In this document: piece after piece, positions 1 through 13,067 of the stretch
How the letters are laid out: each line of letters opens with the position of its first letter
How positions within the stretch are numbered: position 1 is the first letter of the stretch
DNA from: the human T2T-CHM13v2.0 reference genome, Homo sapiens
Strand: one strand, 5' to 3'
DNA: 64,000 nt
Assembly: GCF_009914755.1 (NCBI RefSeq)
Contig: NC_060947.1
Notes under the pieces: generated by a model
The model's database searches: none
The model's input: only the letters and a program-made list of their open reading frames with translations
What the model was told of the DNA's origin: nothing
Translations under genes and position numbers: made by a program

Positions 1-1559
1 AGATTTCTGGCTGCTTCTCAAGGAATCTATCCTGATTTTCAAGCGGCTCTAACACTGTGCTATGTAATGAAAGGCCCACGGTGTCTGGGTGTTATATTGG
101 GGTCTGTTCTTGAAGATAAAAACAAAGACGTTTTTCACTTGAAGTGATGTGGAAAGACTTGTAAGGTTGTGTAATTAAAAAGCTGCTTGGCTTTGGGGGA
201 CATGGTGAACTTACTTTCACCTACTGTGAGGAGAAGTGAGGGCAAAGGAGAAGAAATCTCCAAGTCCAAAAAGTGCGATACAATTCTCAGCGTTCTTTTG
301 GTTGTAGGATAATGCCTGGTGTGATTCAGCGCTGCCTACCAGCTTACCTCTTTTCTTTCTAAAAGTCGTAAACTCAGAGAATCTATTGAGGGGCTTTCCC
401 TCACTTTGAGAATGCATCTGTGGGTTAAGAATGAATGTTATGGAATTCCATGTTATAAGAGACCTCAGAGGCCATAAGGAGCAGTGATTTTCATGATGAA
501 ACTCTACAACGCAGAGATATTTATGTGAGAAGATAGCATAAATATTACCCACTTATTAAATTAAATGAAGAAATTCTGTTAAGCACTAGGAAGCTGGAGT
601 TCATTTCATTCCTTAGGGACACTCCCTTGATTCTATGGAGAAGGAGGGTCTATCTCTTCGCAGTCCTTCTTGGCCCTTCCCTTATATAAAGGGCAGTAGT
701 ACAAGAATATTTCTCAATGTATTTTAAAATTATTTTGTTTACTTCTGTGATTTCAGAGAGTTGTTTTTGGAGTATGTGTACATGAAGGGATCAAAGTGGC
801 CATGAAAACAGTCAAAAGCAAATGCAGGTTTCCTTTCTTTCTCTGGTTCTGCAGTCATCTGACTATGACTGTGAGTTGATGTCTCTATCAAATTTGAGAA
901 ATCTCTGCAATATCTGCCATGTAAATTAGACACAAATACCCGTGACCTCACATGAACTAATGAGTGGCTCCCCCTGCAACAGAGCTCACCATGGGGACTT
1001 GTAGCAATTCATTATGTATTTCAATGGGGGAAATAAATTAAGGCAACGAAACAAAACTGCTATTAAAGCAAGGAAATTTTTATTAAAATTCAGACCATCT
1101 GAGAGGAAAAATTATATCTTTCTGTTCTTTTCATTCTGTTTTCTTGTCTTACATGCTTCCTTCCCCGTTGGCATAAAGCAGGTAAAAAATGTTTGTAGGG
1201 TGAAAAAAATCATCAAGATCTTGACATTTATGATGAGAAGAACAAACCCTTCAATCAGTGGTACTAATGCCTTAAGCACCCACGCACTCTATCATTAAAC
1301 GGAGATGATTTTTTTTTTTAAAGCAGGGAGTCAGGATGCTGGCCATACATTATTTAAGCAATAAAGAAGACAAAGGGTCCTCATTCCATCATCTTTTCTA
1401 TCATCTGCCCTCTCTCCCAGGTTACTCTAAGCATGGGAAGCTGCTCTTCCAAAATTGTGAGCTCTCTCTGAGCTTTATCTGAAAAATATTTTCATATAAA
1501 ACAAGAATGAATATTGTACTACTACTAATCAATAGGAATAACTTGCATTTGCTGTATAG

Positions 1560-1735
1560 GTGGCATGTTAGAAGTTTTCTATGGTATCTCATTTATTCCT
1601 TATATCAATCTTGGGAGATTAGCTTATTTATTTCCATTTTACAGTTAGAGAAACTGATATTCAAAAAAGTAAATTACCTTAACTGAGATCACTTATCTAT
1701 GCTAAATCTAGATGTGACCTTCTTAACCACTATAC
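1560..1735. mobile_element. MIR SINE relic
   Basis: Core-like tccattttacagttagagaaactga...aaattaccttaactgagatcac; boundaries approximate. Confidence 0.6.
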
Positions 1736-2104
1736 AGGCTGCTGCTCCAAAATCTCCCCTGCCTAGGCATGTGCCTGTACATGTGTGCGTGTGTATGTAT
1801 GTGCAAGATTTAAGGAAATGGCTTCATTGAGCTTAGCACCAATATCCATGAGACAGAAATTAAAGGGGCATCAGTATATAGCACGCAAAATGAATATCGA
1901 ATGCCCTAAATCTCCCTAGAAGAAATGAGAGCTGGCTGTCTTGCCTGCTGGCCACCTGTTGAAAATACCCTCCTGAGATGGGCCCTTTCCTTAAATAATC
2001 GTAAGCCTTAGACAATGAACCTTTGAACCTCCTTGCCAACCATGAGCTTCTACTTTTGCCAGTTTTGGCCTCACTTGCCACTTACACTGGGCATTTCTCA
2101 GTGA

Positions 2105-2828
<724 letters not shown>

Positions 2829-2871
2829 TAGTGGCTGCCATTTTTTATGTTTCTCTGTAGAAATTACCCCT

Positions 2872-3167
2872 GGCTGAGCATAGTGGCTCACACCTATAAT
2901 CCTAGTGCTTTGGGAGGCCAAGAAGGGAGGATAGATTGAGGCCAGGAGTCTGACATTCACCTGGGCAACATAGCAAGACCCTTTCTCTAAAAAAAAAAAA
3001 AAAAAAGCCAGGCATGGTAGTGCACACCTGTTGTCTTATCTACTTTACTGGCTGAGGCAGGAGGAACACTTGAGCCCAGGAGATAAAGGCCACAGTGAGC
3101 TATGATCATGACATTGCACTACAGTCTGGGTGAAAGAGGAAGACCCTATCTTTCAGAAAAAAAAAAA
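2872..3167 (+). mobile_element. AluJ SINE
   Basis: ggctgagcatagtggctcac start; J-type gggaggat..ttgaggccagg; A18 middle tract; A tail. Confidence 0.9.
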
Positions 3168-3794
3168 TATACTAATGACCTCTGTGAGGTATGAAAGCAA
3201 GTCCTTCTGGATAATTTCATCTGGACAAATGCAGTCTTCTTGACAAAGGAAGGCCATACAAACCAATTCTAGATGTTTGCAAAACTGCCCCTTTGCTTGT
3301 GGCTTGGAGACCTAAGGCTTGAAAGCCTGTTTCTAGAGAGGCAGTGGTATAGGACCAAACAGTGTTGGGAATGGTTTTAAAACTTTATTAAAAATAAAAG
3401 TTCATAAGAAATTCTCAAAATATCTCAGTTTTCATTATAGACTTTATAAAAAAATTTTTTATGAATCATTTAGGAATAAGCAAAGAAAAAGTGGGGAACA
3501 AAGAAAATTTTCCATATAATTAGCTATGATAGGCAGAATTCTAAGATGGCCTCCAAGAATCCTGCCTCCTGATGGACACACTCTGTGAAATCTTCTGCCC
3601 TTCAGTGTGCACAGAACTTGTAAACATGAGGGGTTTTCACTCCTGTGATTAGATTGTATTCTGTGGCAAAGGTGAAGATATTTTGCAGATGTTATTAAAG
3701 TCTCAAATCATCTGGCTTTGAATTAATCTAAAAGGAGATTATTCTTGGGGTGAGCCTGACCTAATCAGATGAGCTCTTTAAAGAAGGTCCCCAG

Positions 3795-4110
3795 GGCTGG
3801 GCATGGTGGTTCATACCTGTAATCCCAGCACTTTGGGAGGCCAAGGTGGGAGGATTGCTTGAGGCCAGGAGTTCGAATCAGCTTGGAAAACAAAGAAAGA
3901 CTTTGTCTCTAATAAAAATAAAAATTAGCTGGATGTGGTGTCACATGCCTGTGGTTCCAGCTTCTTGGGAGGCTGAGGGAGGAGGATCACCTGAGCTCAG
4001 AAAGTTGAGGCTGCAGTGAGCTGTGATCACGCCATTGTACCCCAGCCTAGGTGACTGAGTGAGAGTGTCTCAAAAATAATAATAATAATGAAAATACAAA
4101 AATAAAAACA
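3795..4110 (+). mobile_element. AluJ SINE inside MLT1
   Basis: ggctgggcatggtgg start; gggaggattgcttgagg J motif; (aat)n tail. Confidence 0.9.
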
Positions 4111-4167
4111 TAAGGAAGATCTCAGACCTCCCCGGAAGGGAAGGGTAATTTTCCTATTAAACTAGGA

Positions 4168-4486
4168 TTTCCTTTCTTTGTTTTTTTGAGACAGGGTCTT
4201 GCTCTGTCACTCAGGATGCCGTGTAGTGGCATGATCATGGCTCACTGCAACCTCAATGTCCTGGGCTCAGGCAATCCTCCCACTTCAATCCCCTGAGTAG
4301 CTGGGAGCACACGTGTGCACCACCATGTCCGACTATTTTTTTTTTTTTTTTTTTTTTTTTTAGAGAGACAGGGACTTGCTATGCTGTCCAAGCTGGTCTT
4401 AAAGTAGTGGCCTCAAGCTCAAGCTATCTTCCCACCTCTGCCTGTCAAAGCACTGGGATTACAGACATGAGCCACCGCAGTTGGCC
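4168..4486 (-). mobile_element. AluJ SINE inside MLT1
   Basis: Reverse Alu (gagacagggtcttgctctgtc...); pure T26 middle tract at 4336-4361. Confidence 0.9.
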
Positions 4487-5777
4487 AGAATGGGAGGATT
4501 GAAGCCAGAGAATTGTTTTTCTGCTGCTTCGAGAAAGTAAACTGTTGTTGTGAAGAGGACCACATGGCAGGAAATAGAAGGTAGCCTCTAGGATCAGAGG
4601 GTCTCGCCTACAGCCATAAGGAACTGAATTCTCTAATATCCAGTAAATGTGGAAGAGGACCTAGAGCCTCAAATGAGATCACAGTCTCAGCTAACACCTT
4701 GATTTCTGCCTTGTGAGACTCTGAATAAAGAAGCTAGCTAAACCATACCTGGACTCCTGACCCAGGTAAACTATGAGGTATTAATAATATGTGGATGTTA
4801 CTTTAAACCATTAAGTTTGTGATAAATTGTTACTCAGCAATAGAAAACTAATACAATAACTTTGCTTTTCCTCTTATTCTTTTTGGAAAGTATGTGCACA
4901 TTCTGGTACAGGAGTATTCTGTATGTGCAAGTGGACAGGGCGACACAGTCTACAGCATTATTCAGATATGTGAATGGTATTCACTGTAAAGAGTAGTTCA
5001 GTGAATATAGAGTAAACTCAATGAAATGTTAAAGACTAATCACCTTGCTGAAGTAATGTCTGAGGAAAATTAGTAATCTGTGGGTCACAACTCCTTTGCA
5101 TTAAATCAAGAACTCATAATGTTTCAGGACTATACTACTACTGTATTCCATCCTACTCCCTATCCGTTCTGAAATCCAAGTTAAAAACAGGATTCCAGCT
5201 TTTAAGTGTTAATGTCTGTTTGACATTATGGCTGCCCCCTCACATGCTCAACATTCTTTTGCCTCAACCTTGGCTTCATCTCTACCTCTTCTCTGGTTCT
5301 CCCAAAGATAAGCATTTTCCTTTCATTTTTATAGCTATTATTTCAAATTCAGTTTCATGCCTGGGGCGTTTTGTCACTTTCTCTCCTAGAGTTGTAAAAC
5401 TTATCTTTCTGCAAAAGAAATATTTTATATGCCACATTCTAATAAGATGTTTTAGACTATCAGGCATAGTTTTGTAGTTACTGAGTCTGAAAAAAATAAG
5501 AAAATCTTTATTTTCTCAAACATCCATTCTCATTGGTTTCTCTCTAGATTTTGGTTTTTGTGACTGCCATCTCATGTACTTTTCTATGTAGAAAATAACT
5601 CTTTGAGGTATGTCATCATGTCCTTCCTGAGAATTTTACCTAACCAAATGCAAACTCCTTGACCAAGAATGCCTATGAAGTCAACTCTGGGTATATTTGC
5701 AAGACTGTCCTTTAATTTGTGCTCCAAAGACAGAAAATAATCCTATTCTGATATGACAAGGCTTTAAAAAATAAGCT

Positions 5778-6611
5778 AAACAACCCCATCAAAAAGTGGG
5801 CAAAGGATATGAACAGACACTTCTCAAAAGAAGACATTTATGCAGCCAAAAAACACATGAAAAAATGCTCATCATCACTGGCCATCAGAGAAATGCAAAT
5901 CAAAACCACAATGAGATACCATCTCACACCAGTTAGAATGGCAATCAGTAAAAAGTCAGGAAACAACAGGTGCTGGAGAGGATGTAGAGAAATAGGAACA
6001 CTTTTACACTGTTGGTGGGACTGTAAACTAGTTCAACCATTGTGGAAGTCAGTGTGGCGAGTCCTCAGGGATCTAGAACTAGAAATACCATTTGACCCAG
6101 CCATCCCATTACTGGGTATATACCCAAAGGACTATAAATCATGCTGCTATAAAGACACATGCACACGTATGTTTGTTGCGGCACTATTCACAATAGCAAA
6201 GACTTGGAACCAACCCAAATGTCCAACAACGATAGACTGGATTAAGAAAATGTGGCACATATACACCATGGAATACTATGCAGCCATAAAAAATGATGAG
6301 TTCATGTCCTTTGTAGGGACATGGATGAAATTGGAAATCATCATTCTCAGTAAACTATCACAAGGACAAAAACCAAACACCGCACGTTCTCACTCATAGA
6401 TGGGAATTGAACAATGAGAACACATGGACAGAGGAAGGGGACCATCACACTCTGGGGACTGTTGTGGGGTCGGGGGAGGGATAGCATTAGGAGATATACC
6501 TAATGCTAAATGACGAGTTAATGGGTGCAGCACACCAGCATGGCACATGTATACATATGTAACTAACCTGCACATTGTGCACATGTACCCTAAGACTTAA
6601 AGTATAATAAA
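5778..6611 (+). mobile_element. 5'-truncated young L1 (L1PA2/PA3-like)
   Basis: ORF2 C-terminus (ORF 5809-6399, CWRGC...HCWWDC zinc knuckle); 3'UTR gcattaggagatatacctaatgctaaatgacgagttaatggg; poly-A; perfect TSD aaaaaataagct (5766-5777 / 6612-6623). Confidence 0.95.
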
Positions 6612-7289
6612 AAAAAATAAGCTGCCACATAAAAGGTATGCTGCCCTTATATGTTTCCAGTTAATGTATTTCTTTAAACGTTTTTTGATTGTAAAAACAT
6701 AGGGGAAAAATCGAGTGTAGAAAGACGCATGGTTGTTCAAAAACAACCTTTTCTCTTTTCCTTTTCTTTTTTTTTTTACAGCTTCAAGACTGGTAAGGAA
6801 ATGGAAATGTCAGAACACAGTAGCTGGGTTGCTAAGGTGTGTGGAACAAAATAAGACATCTATGCATTGAAAGGGAGATTGTCATCTAGAAAGACAATGG
6901 AATTCATCCCATTAATGGAAATATGTAATTAACAAGCTGCTGGTGTCAGTCTGTAGTGAGAACCCTGGCTTGGGCTCTTGCCTCCTATAGAGTGGTAGTC
7001 TTGTCAATGTCTTCTGGCTCCTTGTGGGGGTTGCACAGATACAAGTGCAAAGAGGAAATCTGCCTCCCCACTTTCATGGAATCTTACAGTTTGAGACTAC
7101 ATTCCAAGGTATCTGAATAAGTAGACAAGCATGACATTTTCTTCTTGAAATGTAATCTTTATTACTTCAATTAATAACTATGTATCAGGGATAAATAGTT
7201 TGCCAGTATACCTTATTGCTGTTAATTTTGCTACTACATAGTACGTATGTATGATGATGCTTTCTCTAGCACTTGTGTGGGTTTTTATA

Positions 7290-7460
7290 GTATATATCTA
7301 TATTGCTTTGCATACATTATCTAATTTTGGTTTTCATTCTCAAAACAACACTGCGAAGTTAATATAATCTGCAGGGCAGGTATTATTATCCCAAATGAGG
7401 AAACTGAGGCTCACAAAAATTAAGTAGCTTGCATAAAGTCAGATGGCTACCAACATTGAA
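7290..7460. mobile_element. MIR SINE relic
   Basis: tattattatcccaaatgaggaaactgaggctcaca core motif. Confidence 0.65.
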
Positions 7461-8459
7461 GGAAGATAGATGTTTAGTCTTAATGAAGAATCTCAGTAAT
7501 ACATATATACACCCATTTTCTCACATACTTGCATGTACATGTATACACCCCTTTCTTGCCTCTCGTTTGGCAAACTAAACACATTTCTTTTGTGGCCGGG
7601 CAAATCCTGATGATGACTGGGTTAGCTATCCTCTTGAAAAAGGCATTGCCTGTGATCTGAACTCAGGTCCAGATCAGATCAGAGCTTTCCGAGTTTCTTG
7701 ACTTTTGTGTGAATCAATTTAGTACTGTTACCGAGATTCTACATACAGGAAAGAAGAAACAAAATGAATCACTTTATTCTCCCATCTTTCTCCTCAATCA
7801 TGTAGCCATCCATTATCCAACCATTTCACTATGTTCTAAACACTGAGCTAAGAGCTGAAAATAAAACTTTAAAGAAAAACAATCGGATTCATGCTTCAGG
7901 GAACTTATAGTCAAGGGCTGCTTTTTTTTTTTTTTCTAAATGAGCCTACAAGAAATAAGAGAGAAATATAATGATTTTGTGAATGATCTGTGCATTTTCT
8001 ACTTCCCAACAGAAGTATCCCTAACAGCTGAGCACTATAAACTCAACTCCTAAGGGTAAGGGGTGAGGCATTTCTTTGAAGACTCATGTTTTGCCTTAAA
8101 GATTAATGCAAAAATATGTATTCTATTCTATAATATGTGTGCGCTTATTTTGATAACCATTTCCTCTCCCTCAGTATCTAATAAAATTGCTAATCCAGGA
8201 AGTTCTCTATGTTTATCCTATGGTATCAAGTCATTTCTAGTGTATTTCTAGGGGTGCCTGTGCCTCAGCTTAAGTTGCTTCATAACTTACATCCCAGGTC
8301 AGTTCTCATTGTAATCTTGTATGGGCCTCATATGAGTAAAGTCCTAGGTTCTGGATCTATCACTATCTACTCTTGCCAGTATTTCTAACCAATCTCCATG
8401 CCCCACCCCTTTCCTGCTTATTTTTCACAAGAGGCAAACACAATTATTTTTTCTTTATT

Positions 8460-8640
8460 GTAAATAATAATAATGACTCTTAATTTAGCCCTTTAGTATA
8501 TGGCTGGTACTATGTACTGTGTGTTTCATACACATGTTTCCTTTAGTCTTAAAATCTGGCTCATGGGGTAAACACTATTATAATCTCCATCCTCCAGATG
8601 AGGAAAGTGAGACTTAGAGGTTAAGTACATTTTAGGATAA
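8460..8640. mobile_element. MIR SINE relic
   Basis: cagatgaggaaagtgagacttagaggttaagt core motif. Confidence 0.55.
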
Positions 8641-10209
8641 AGTAGGGTATTTCGATAAATGTTTCAAATGTGTTTCTGGTCTCTGAGGACTACACTCCCA
8701 GGCTGCTGGGGATACAAAATACCCTTTCTTTACCATAGGAGCACTTGGGTAGAATATTTGCAGAAACAATAAACTGGCTGATATTTAAAGTTCTCTTCAG
8801 CTCTGACATTCTATAATTTCATTGACCCTCTTTGCATTTAATTATGTTGATTTTTCTTTCTACCCCTTGCTTAGCTAAAAATATACCCCTTCTTTGTCCA
8901 TGCACAGGAGATGGACGATTGAATAGAGAGCACCATAACAAATCCTTGTGATTATTCAGATGTCACTCTAAAATATTTATCATCTTGGTAAATCTAAAGC
9001 CATCACAACAGCTCATATGCAACAATGAATATCATACTAACACCACTAAAATAGATATAGCTGAGAATGATGCTTGTTAAGCTCATAATGATTCCGTTCT
9101 CAAAGGACTTGCAATTCATCTCCTTTATGCTGCTTGATTGCCTACCGCATCCTGCAGGTTTGGGTAGATTCCTCTTTGGTCTCATGTAATACACGACATT
9201 CACAAACTACGATGCAGCTCTCATCATGCCAATCAAGAATGCAAATGGGGAGCTAGCTGATGGTGTGATCTGAATGTTCAGCTTGTTTAGAAGGCTATAA
9301 ACATAGGGAGAATATGGATCTGCTGTGTAATGGCTTAAAAGTAATCAGACTTTTCATTCAAATTAAGTCAGAAAAGGTTATTTCAATATTATCCTATACT
9401 TTTCATTTAACAAGATTTTTCTTAAATTGGTAAGTTACTTACTGAAGAATACCTACAACTTTTTAAATGAAAAAATGAGTTATTAGAATTATTTTATTTG
9501 AAAACTTTCTAAACATAAGGTTATAATAATTAGACAGTATTCTGACCTTTAATGATCTGTGCTATACATTCTGCAGAATGGCCATGGACACTGGTTCTCT
9601 TTTTAATGTTGAGTTAGCTAGGAAACTAGGAATAATATTATTCCTAGATTATCAATTGCCATGGACTTGGGAAATGATGAAAATAACAAAATCTAAGCTA
9701 GGTCGAATAAAAAGTTATTTCTCTTTGGTGATTCAGCCTCATATGCTCATGTTGTAAATCTGAATTCTCTTTGTGTAGCAGATGTGGGATGTACTGACCC
9801 AATGACATGCCTGAAAGTTGCTTTTTAGAACAATCCCTGAGGATAGGTTTGTTTATGTATCATTGGTCTCTCTCAGAAACAGACTGTATGATATCCAAAT
9901 TGATAACCTCCTGGGCCACATAATGTGGGCGCCTGTCTGCAAATTTAATTGTTGCCTCAAGGTCTAAAGCAGGACTTTGCCAAATTATTTGTTTCCTTCT
10001 TTCAGAATCTTCCTCTTCATTTCCTTAGCTTGTCTTTTGACTTTCTAGTATTCAGAAACAATTTTTTTTTTAAATTTTTTGTTGCATCCAGATACTTTTC
10101 TGATGAAATCTCTACTATCTGTTTCTCTTACCTGGATCAACTTTGTTGTTTGGGCAATTTTTATAATTCACACTATTGTGGTTTAAAATAAGAATTTACA
10201 TTATTTGTT

Positions 10210-10516
10210 TTTATTTTTTCATATTTATTTTTATTTTTATTTTTTTAGAGACAGGGTGTCGCTCTGTCACCCAGGCTGGAGTGTAGTGGGGCGAACATAG
10301 CTCACTGCAGCCTCTGACTCCTGGACTCCAGCAGTCTTCCCACCTCAGCCTCCTGAGTAAGTAGGTCTGTAGGTATGCGCCACTATTACCAGCTAATTTT
10401 TAATTTTTCGTAGAGACAGTGTCTTGCTGTGGTTGCTCAGGCGAGTCTCAAACTCCTGACCTCATGTAATCCTTGCAAAGCACTGGGATTACAGGCATGA
10501 GCCACTGTGACTGGCT
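10210..10516 (-). mobile_element. AluJ SINE
   Basis: Reverse Alu with atagctcactgcagcct J motif; short internal deletion near its 5' end. Confidence 0.9.
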
Positions 10517-12147
10517 GCAATCGGATTTTGACAAAGGCATCTTTATCATGTAATGACATATGGTACCTTTATCTGAATTGGAAAAAGACCTCCCCACAGA
10601 CACATCCCCCTGCAAAGGTGCATGGCTTGGTGAATGGTGGAAGGACTGTGGATTTCAGCTTCCATTTGCCATCTCCACTAGTGTTCTCGTGCACTGAACA
10701 ACCTGTGTGTTGTGTATGTACTAATTGTTACAAGGTAACTTGTGCTCTGTGCATCTAACACCAGTCCAGAGTTTTCGCTAAGCCTTCACTAAATGTTTCA
10801 CTTTGAATAGAGATTCAGTCACCTGTATCAAAGACAAAGAATGATCTCGTTTCTGCTCTCTTACAATTGAGTACTGAACACTTCAAATTTCTCATAAAAT
10901 ATTTTCTGCTAAGCATTTCACATTTTAAATAAAGCCCTGGCCCAAAGACTGAGTTCATGTCTAGGAGGGAGATCATAATGATTTCTTCAGGTGAGAAGTA
11001 TTCTCATTCTCTAGCACTGCAATGATTCTCTTCCTATAAACTTTTATTTTTATAAAATAGCCCCTTCTCTAAATATATTAAACATGAGAAACAATTTTTT
11101 AAAAACTCTAGGTTTATTCATTGAATTACATTTGTCATTATGAATATTAGGTAAATATGTAACACCTCAAAAAATCTGAAATTACTGTATGTTACAATCA
11201 TCAAAGGTTTTAAGGTTTTATCCTATGTAAGTCTGCAGCGGGAGGAACAATCAACCACACTTTTTTTTGGCTACATAGAATTCTCATCAATGGAATCATC
11301 TGTATCTGCTAGGGTAGCAGTTGACAAGCATAGTCCAGTTTCATCAACCTTCCAGGATAAACTAGGATAAGATGTTTTCAGGACTGACCACATTCAAGAA
11401 TTGTACATCCTAGCCAATCACCCCAAAAAAGAAAAGAAAAGAAAAGAAAAAGTTCCTAGACTTTCTTTTGCTCTACTTTCAACTGATAGAACCACATACA
11501 GACATATAAATGTTAGAATAATGGGGAAGAGCCTTAGAAATGATGGAACCAAATGTCCTCAGTTTACAAAGGAGGCAACTAAAACCTAGCGAGGAAAAGT
11601 GTCTTACCCAAAGTGACACACAAAAAAGGAGGGTGACCTTAGAACTCAAGTCTCCAGTTTCCCTATTCAAGGCTGGTTGGCTGTTTGGATGAAGAATTCC
11701 CAGGCATTACAAATCTAAGTTAAGGGGGCAGGGTTGGCTGATAAAATGGCTGAATAGGAACAGCTCCGGTCTGCAGCTCCCAACGAGATCAATGCAGAAG
11801 GTGGGTGATTTCTGTATTTCCAAATGAGGTACCCAGCTCATCTCATTGGGACTGGTTAGACAGTGGGTGCAGCACAGAAAGGGGGAGCTGAAGGAGAGTG
11901 GGGCGTCCCCTCACCCAGGAAGTGCAAGGGGTCGGGAAACTCCCCTCCCTAGCTAAGGGAAGCTGTGAGGGACTGTTCCGTGAAGAACGGTGCATTCCAG
12001 CCAAGATACTATGCTTTTCCCATGGTCTTTACAACCCACAGACCAGGAGATTCCCTTGGATGCCTACACCACTAGGGCCCTGGGTTTCAAGCAAAAAACT
12101 GGGTGGATGTTTGGGCAGACACCAAGCTAGCTGCAGGAGTTTTTTTT

Positions 12148-12366
12148 TCATACCCCAGTGGCCCCTGGAACACCAGCGAGACAGAACCACTCCCTCCTCT
12201 GAAAAGGGGGCTGAAGCCAGGGAGCCAAGTGTTCTAGCTCAGTGGATCCCAGCCCCATGGAGCCCAGCAAGCTAAGATCCACTGGCCTGAAATTCTCACT
12301 GCAAGCACAGCAGTCTGAAGTCGACCTGGGACGTTCGAGCTTGGTGGGGGGAGGGGCATCTGCCAT
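12148..12366 (-). CDS. ORF0: LINE-1 antisense ORF0 homolog, open 72 codons (expression unknown)
   Basis: MADAPPPTKLERPRSTSDCCACS resembles the L1 ORF0 N-terminus (MAGAPPP..ISDCCAS) at the expected antisense 5'UTR position; gtaATGg strong Kozak context. Confidence 0.55.
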   Translation of the reverse strand: MADAPPPTKLERPRSTSDCCACSENFRPVDLSLLGSMGLGSTELEHLAPWLQPPFQRREWFCLAGVPGATGV

Positions 12367-13067
12367 TACTGAGACTTGAGTAGAGGGTATTCCCCTCACA
12401 GTGCAAACAAAGCCACCTCAAAGTTCCAACTGAGTGGAGCTCACCGCAGCTCGCAAAGCTGCTGTAGCCCAGACTGCCTCTCTAGATCCTCATTCCTCTG
12501 CAGGGCGTCTTGAAAGAAAGGCAGCAGTCCCAGTCAGGGGCTAATAGATAAAACTCCCATCTCCCTGGGACAGAGCACCTGGGGAAAGGGGCGGCGGGTG
12601 CAGCTTCAGCAGACTTAAACGTTCCTGCCTGCTAGCTCTGAAGAGAGCAACAGATCTCCCAGCACAGTGCTTGAGCTCTGCTAAGGGACAGACTGCCTCC
12701 TGAAGTGTGTCCCCGACCCGCATGACTCCTGACTGGGAGATACCTCCCAGCAGGTGTCGATAGACACCTCATACATGAGAGATCTGGCTAGCATCTGGTG
12801 GGTGCCCCTCTGAGATGAAGCTACCAGAGGAAGGAACAGGCAGCAATCTTTGCTGTTCTGCAGCCTCCGCTGGTGATAACCAGGCAAACAGCGTCTGGAA
12901 TGGACCTCCAGCAAATTCCAGCAGATCTGCAGGAGAGGGGCCTGCCTGACTGTTAGAAGGAAAACTAACAAACAGAAAGGAATAGCATCAACATCAACAA
13001 AAAGGACGTCCACACAGAAACCCTGTTCGAAGGTCACCAACATCAAAGACCAAAGGTAGATAAATCC

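Larger units (their letters stand above)
3525..4855 (+). mobile_element. MLT1 (MLT1E-like) MaLR solo LTR split by two Alus
   Basis: Starts tatgataggcagaattctaagatggcc; ends ttgttactcagcaatagaaaactaataca, typical MLT1 termini. Confidence 0.8.

Noticed and set aside
217-552. 111-aa minus-strand ORF
   Set aside because: Non-ATG start and no recognisable domain; only its internal splice-bounded segment is kept as a candidate
678-694. TATA-like, near-palindromic cccttatataaaggg
   Set aside because: Isolated motif with no CpG island or other promoter context
5173-5185. aaatccaagttaa matching part of the L1PA7 TSD
   Set aside because: Short AT-rich match expected by chance in 64 kb
10126-10190. 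Possible 41-nt minus-strand exon (10172-10132, cag|gtaaga donor)
   Set aside because: Weak acceptor, and an immediate stop in phase 0, so it does not support the ORF0 fusion model
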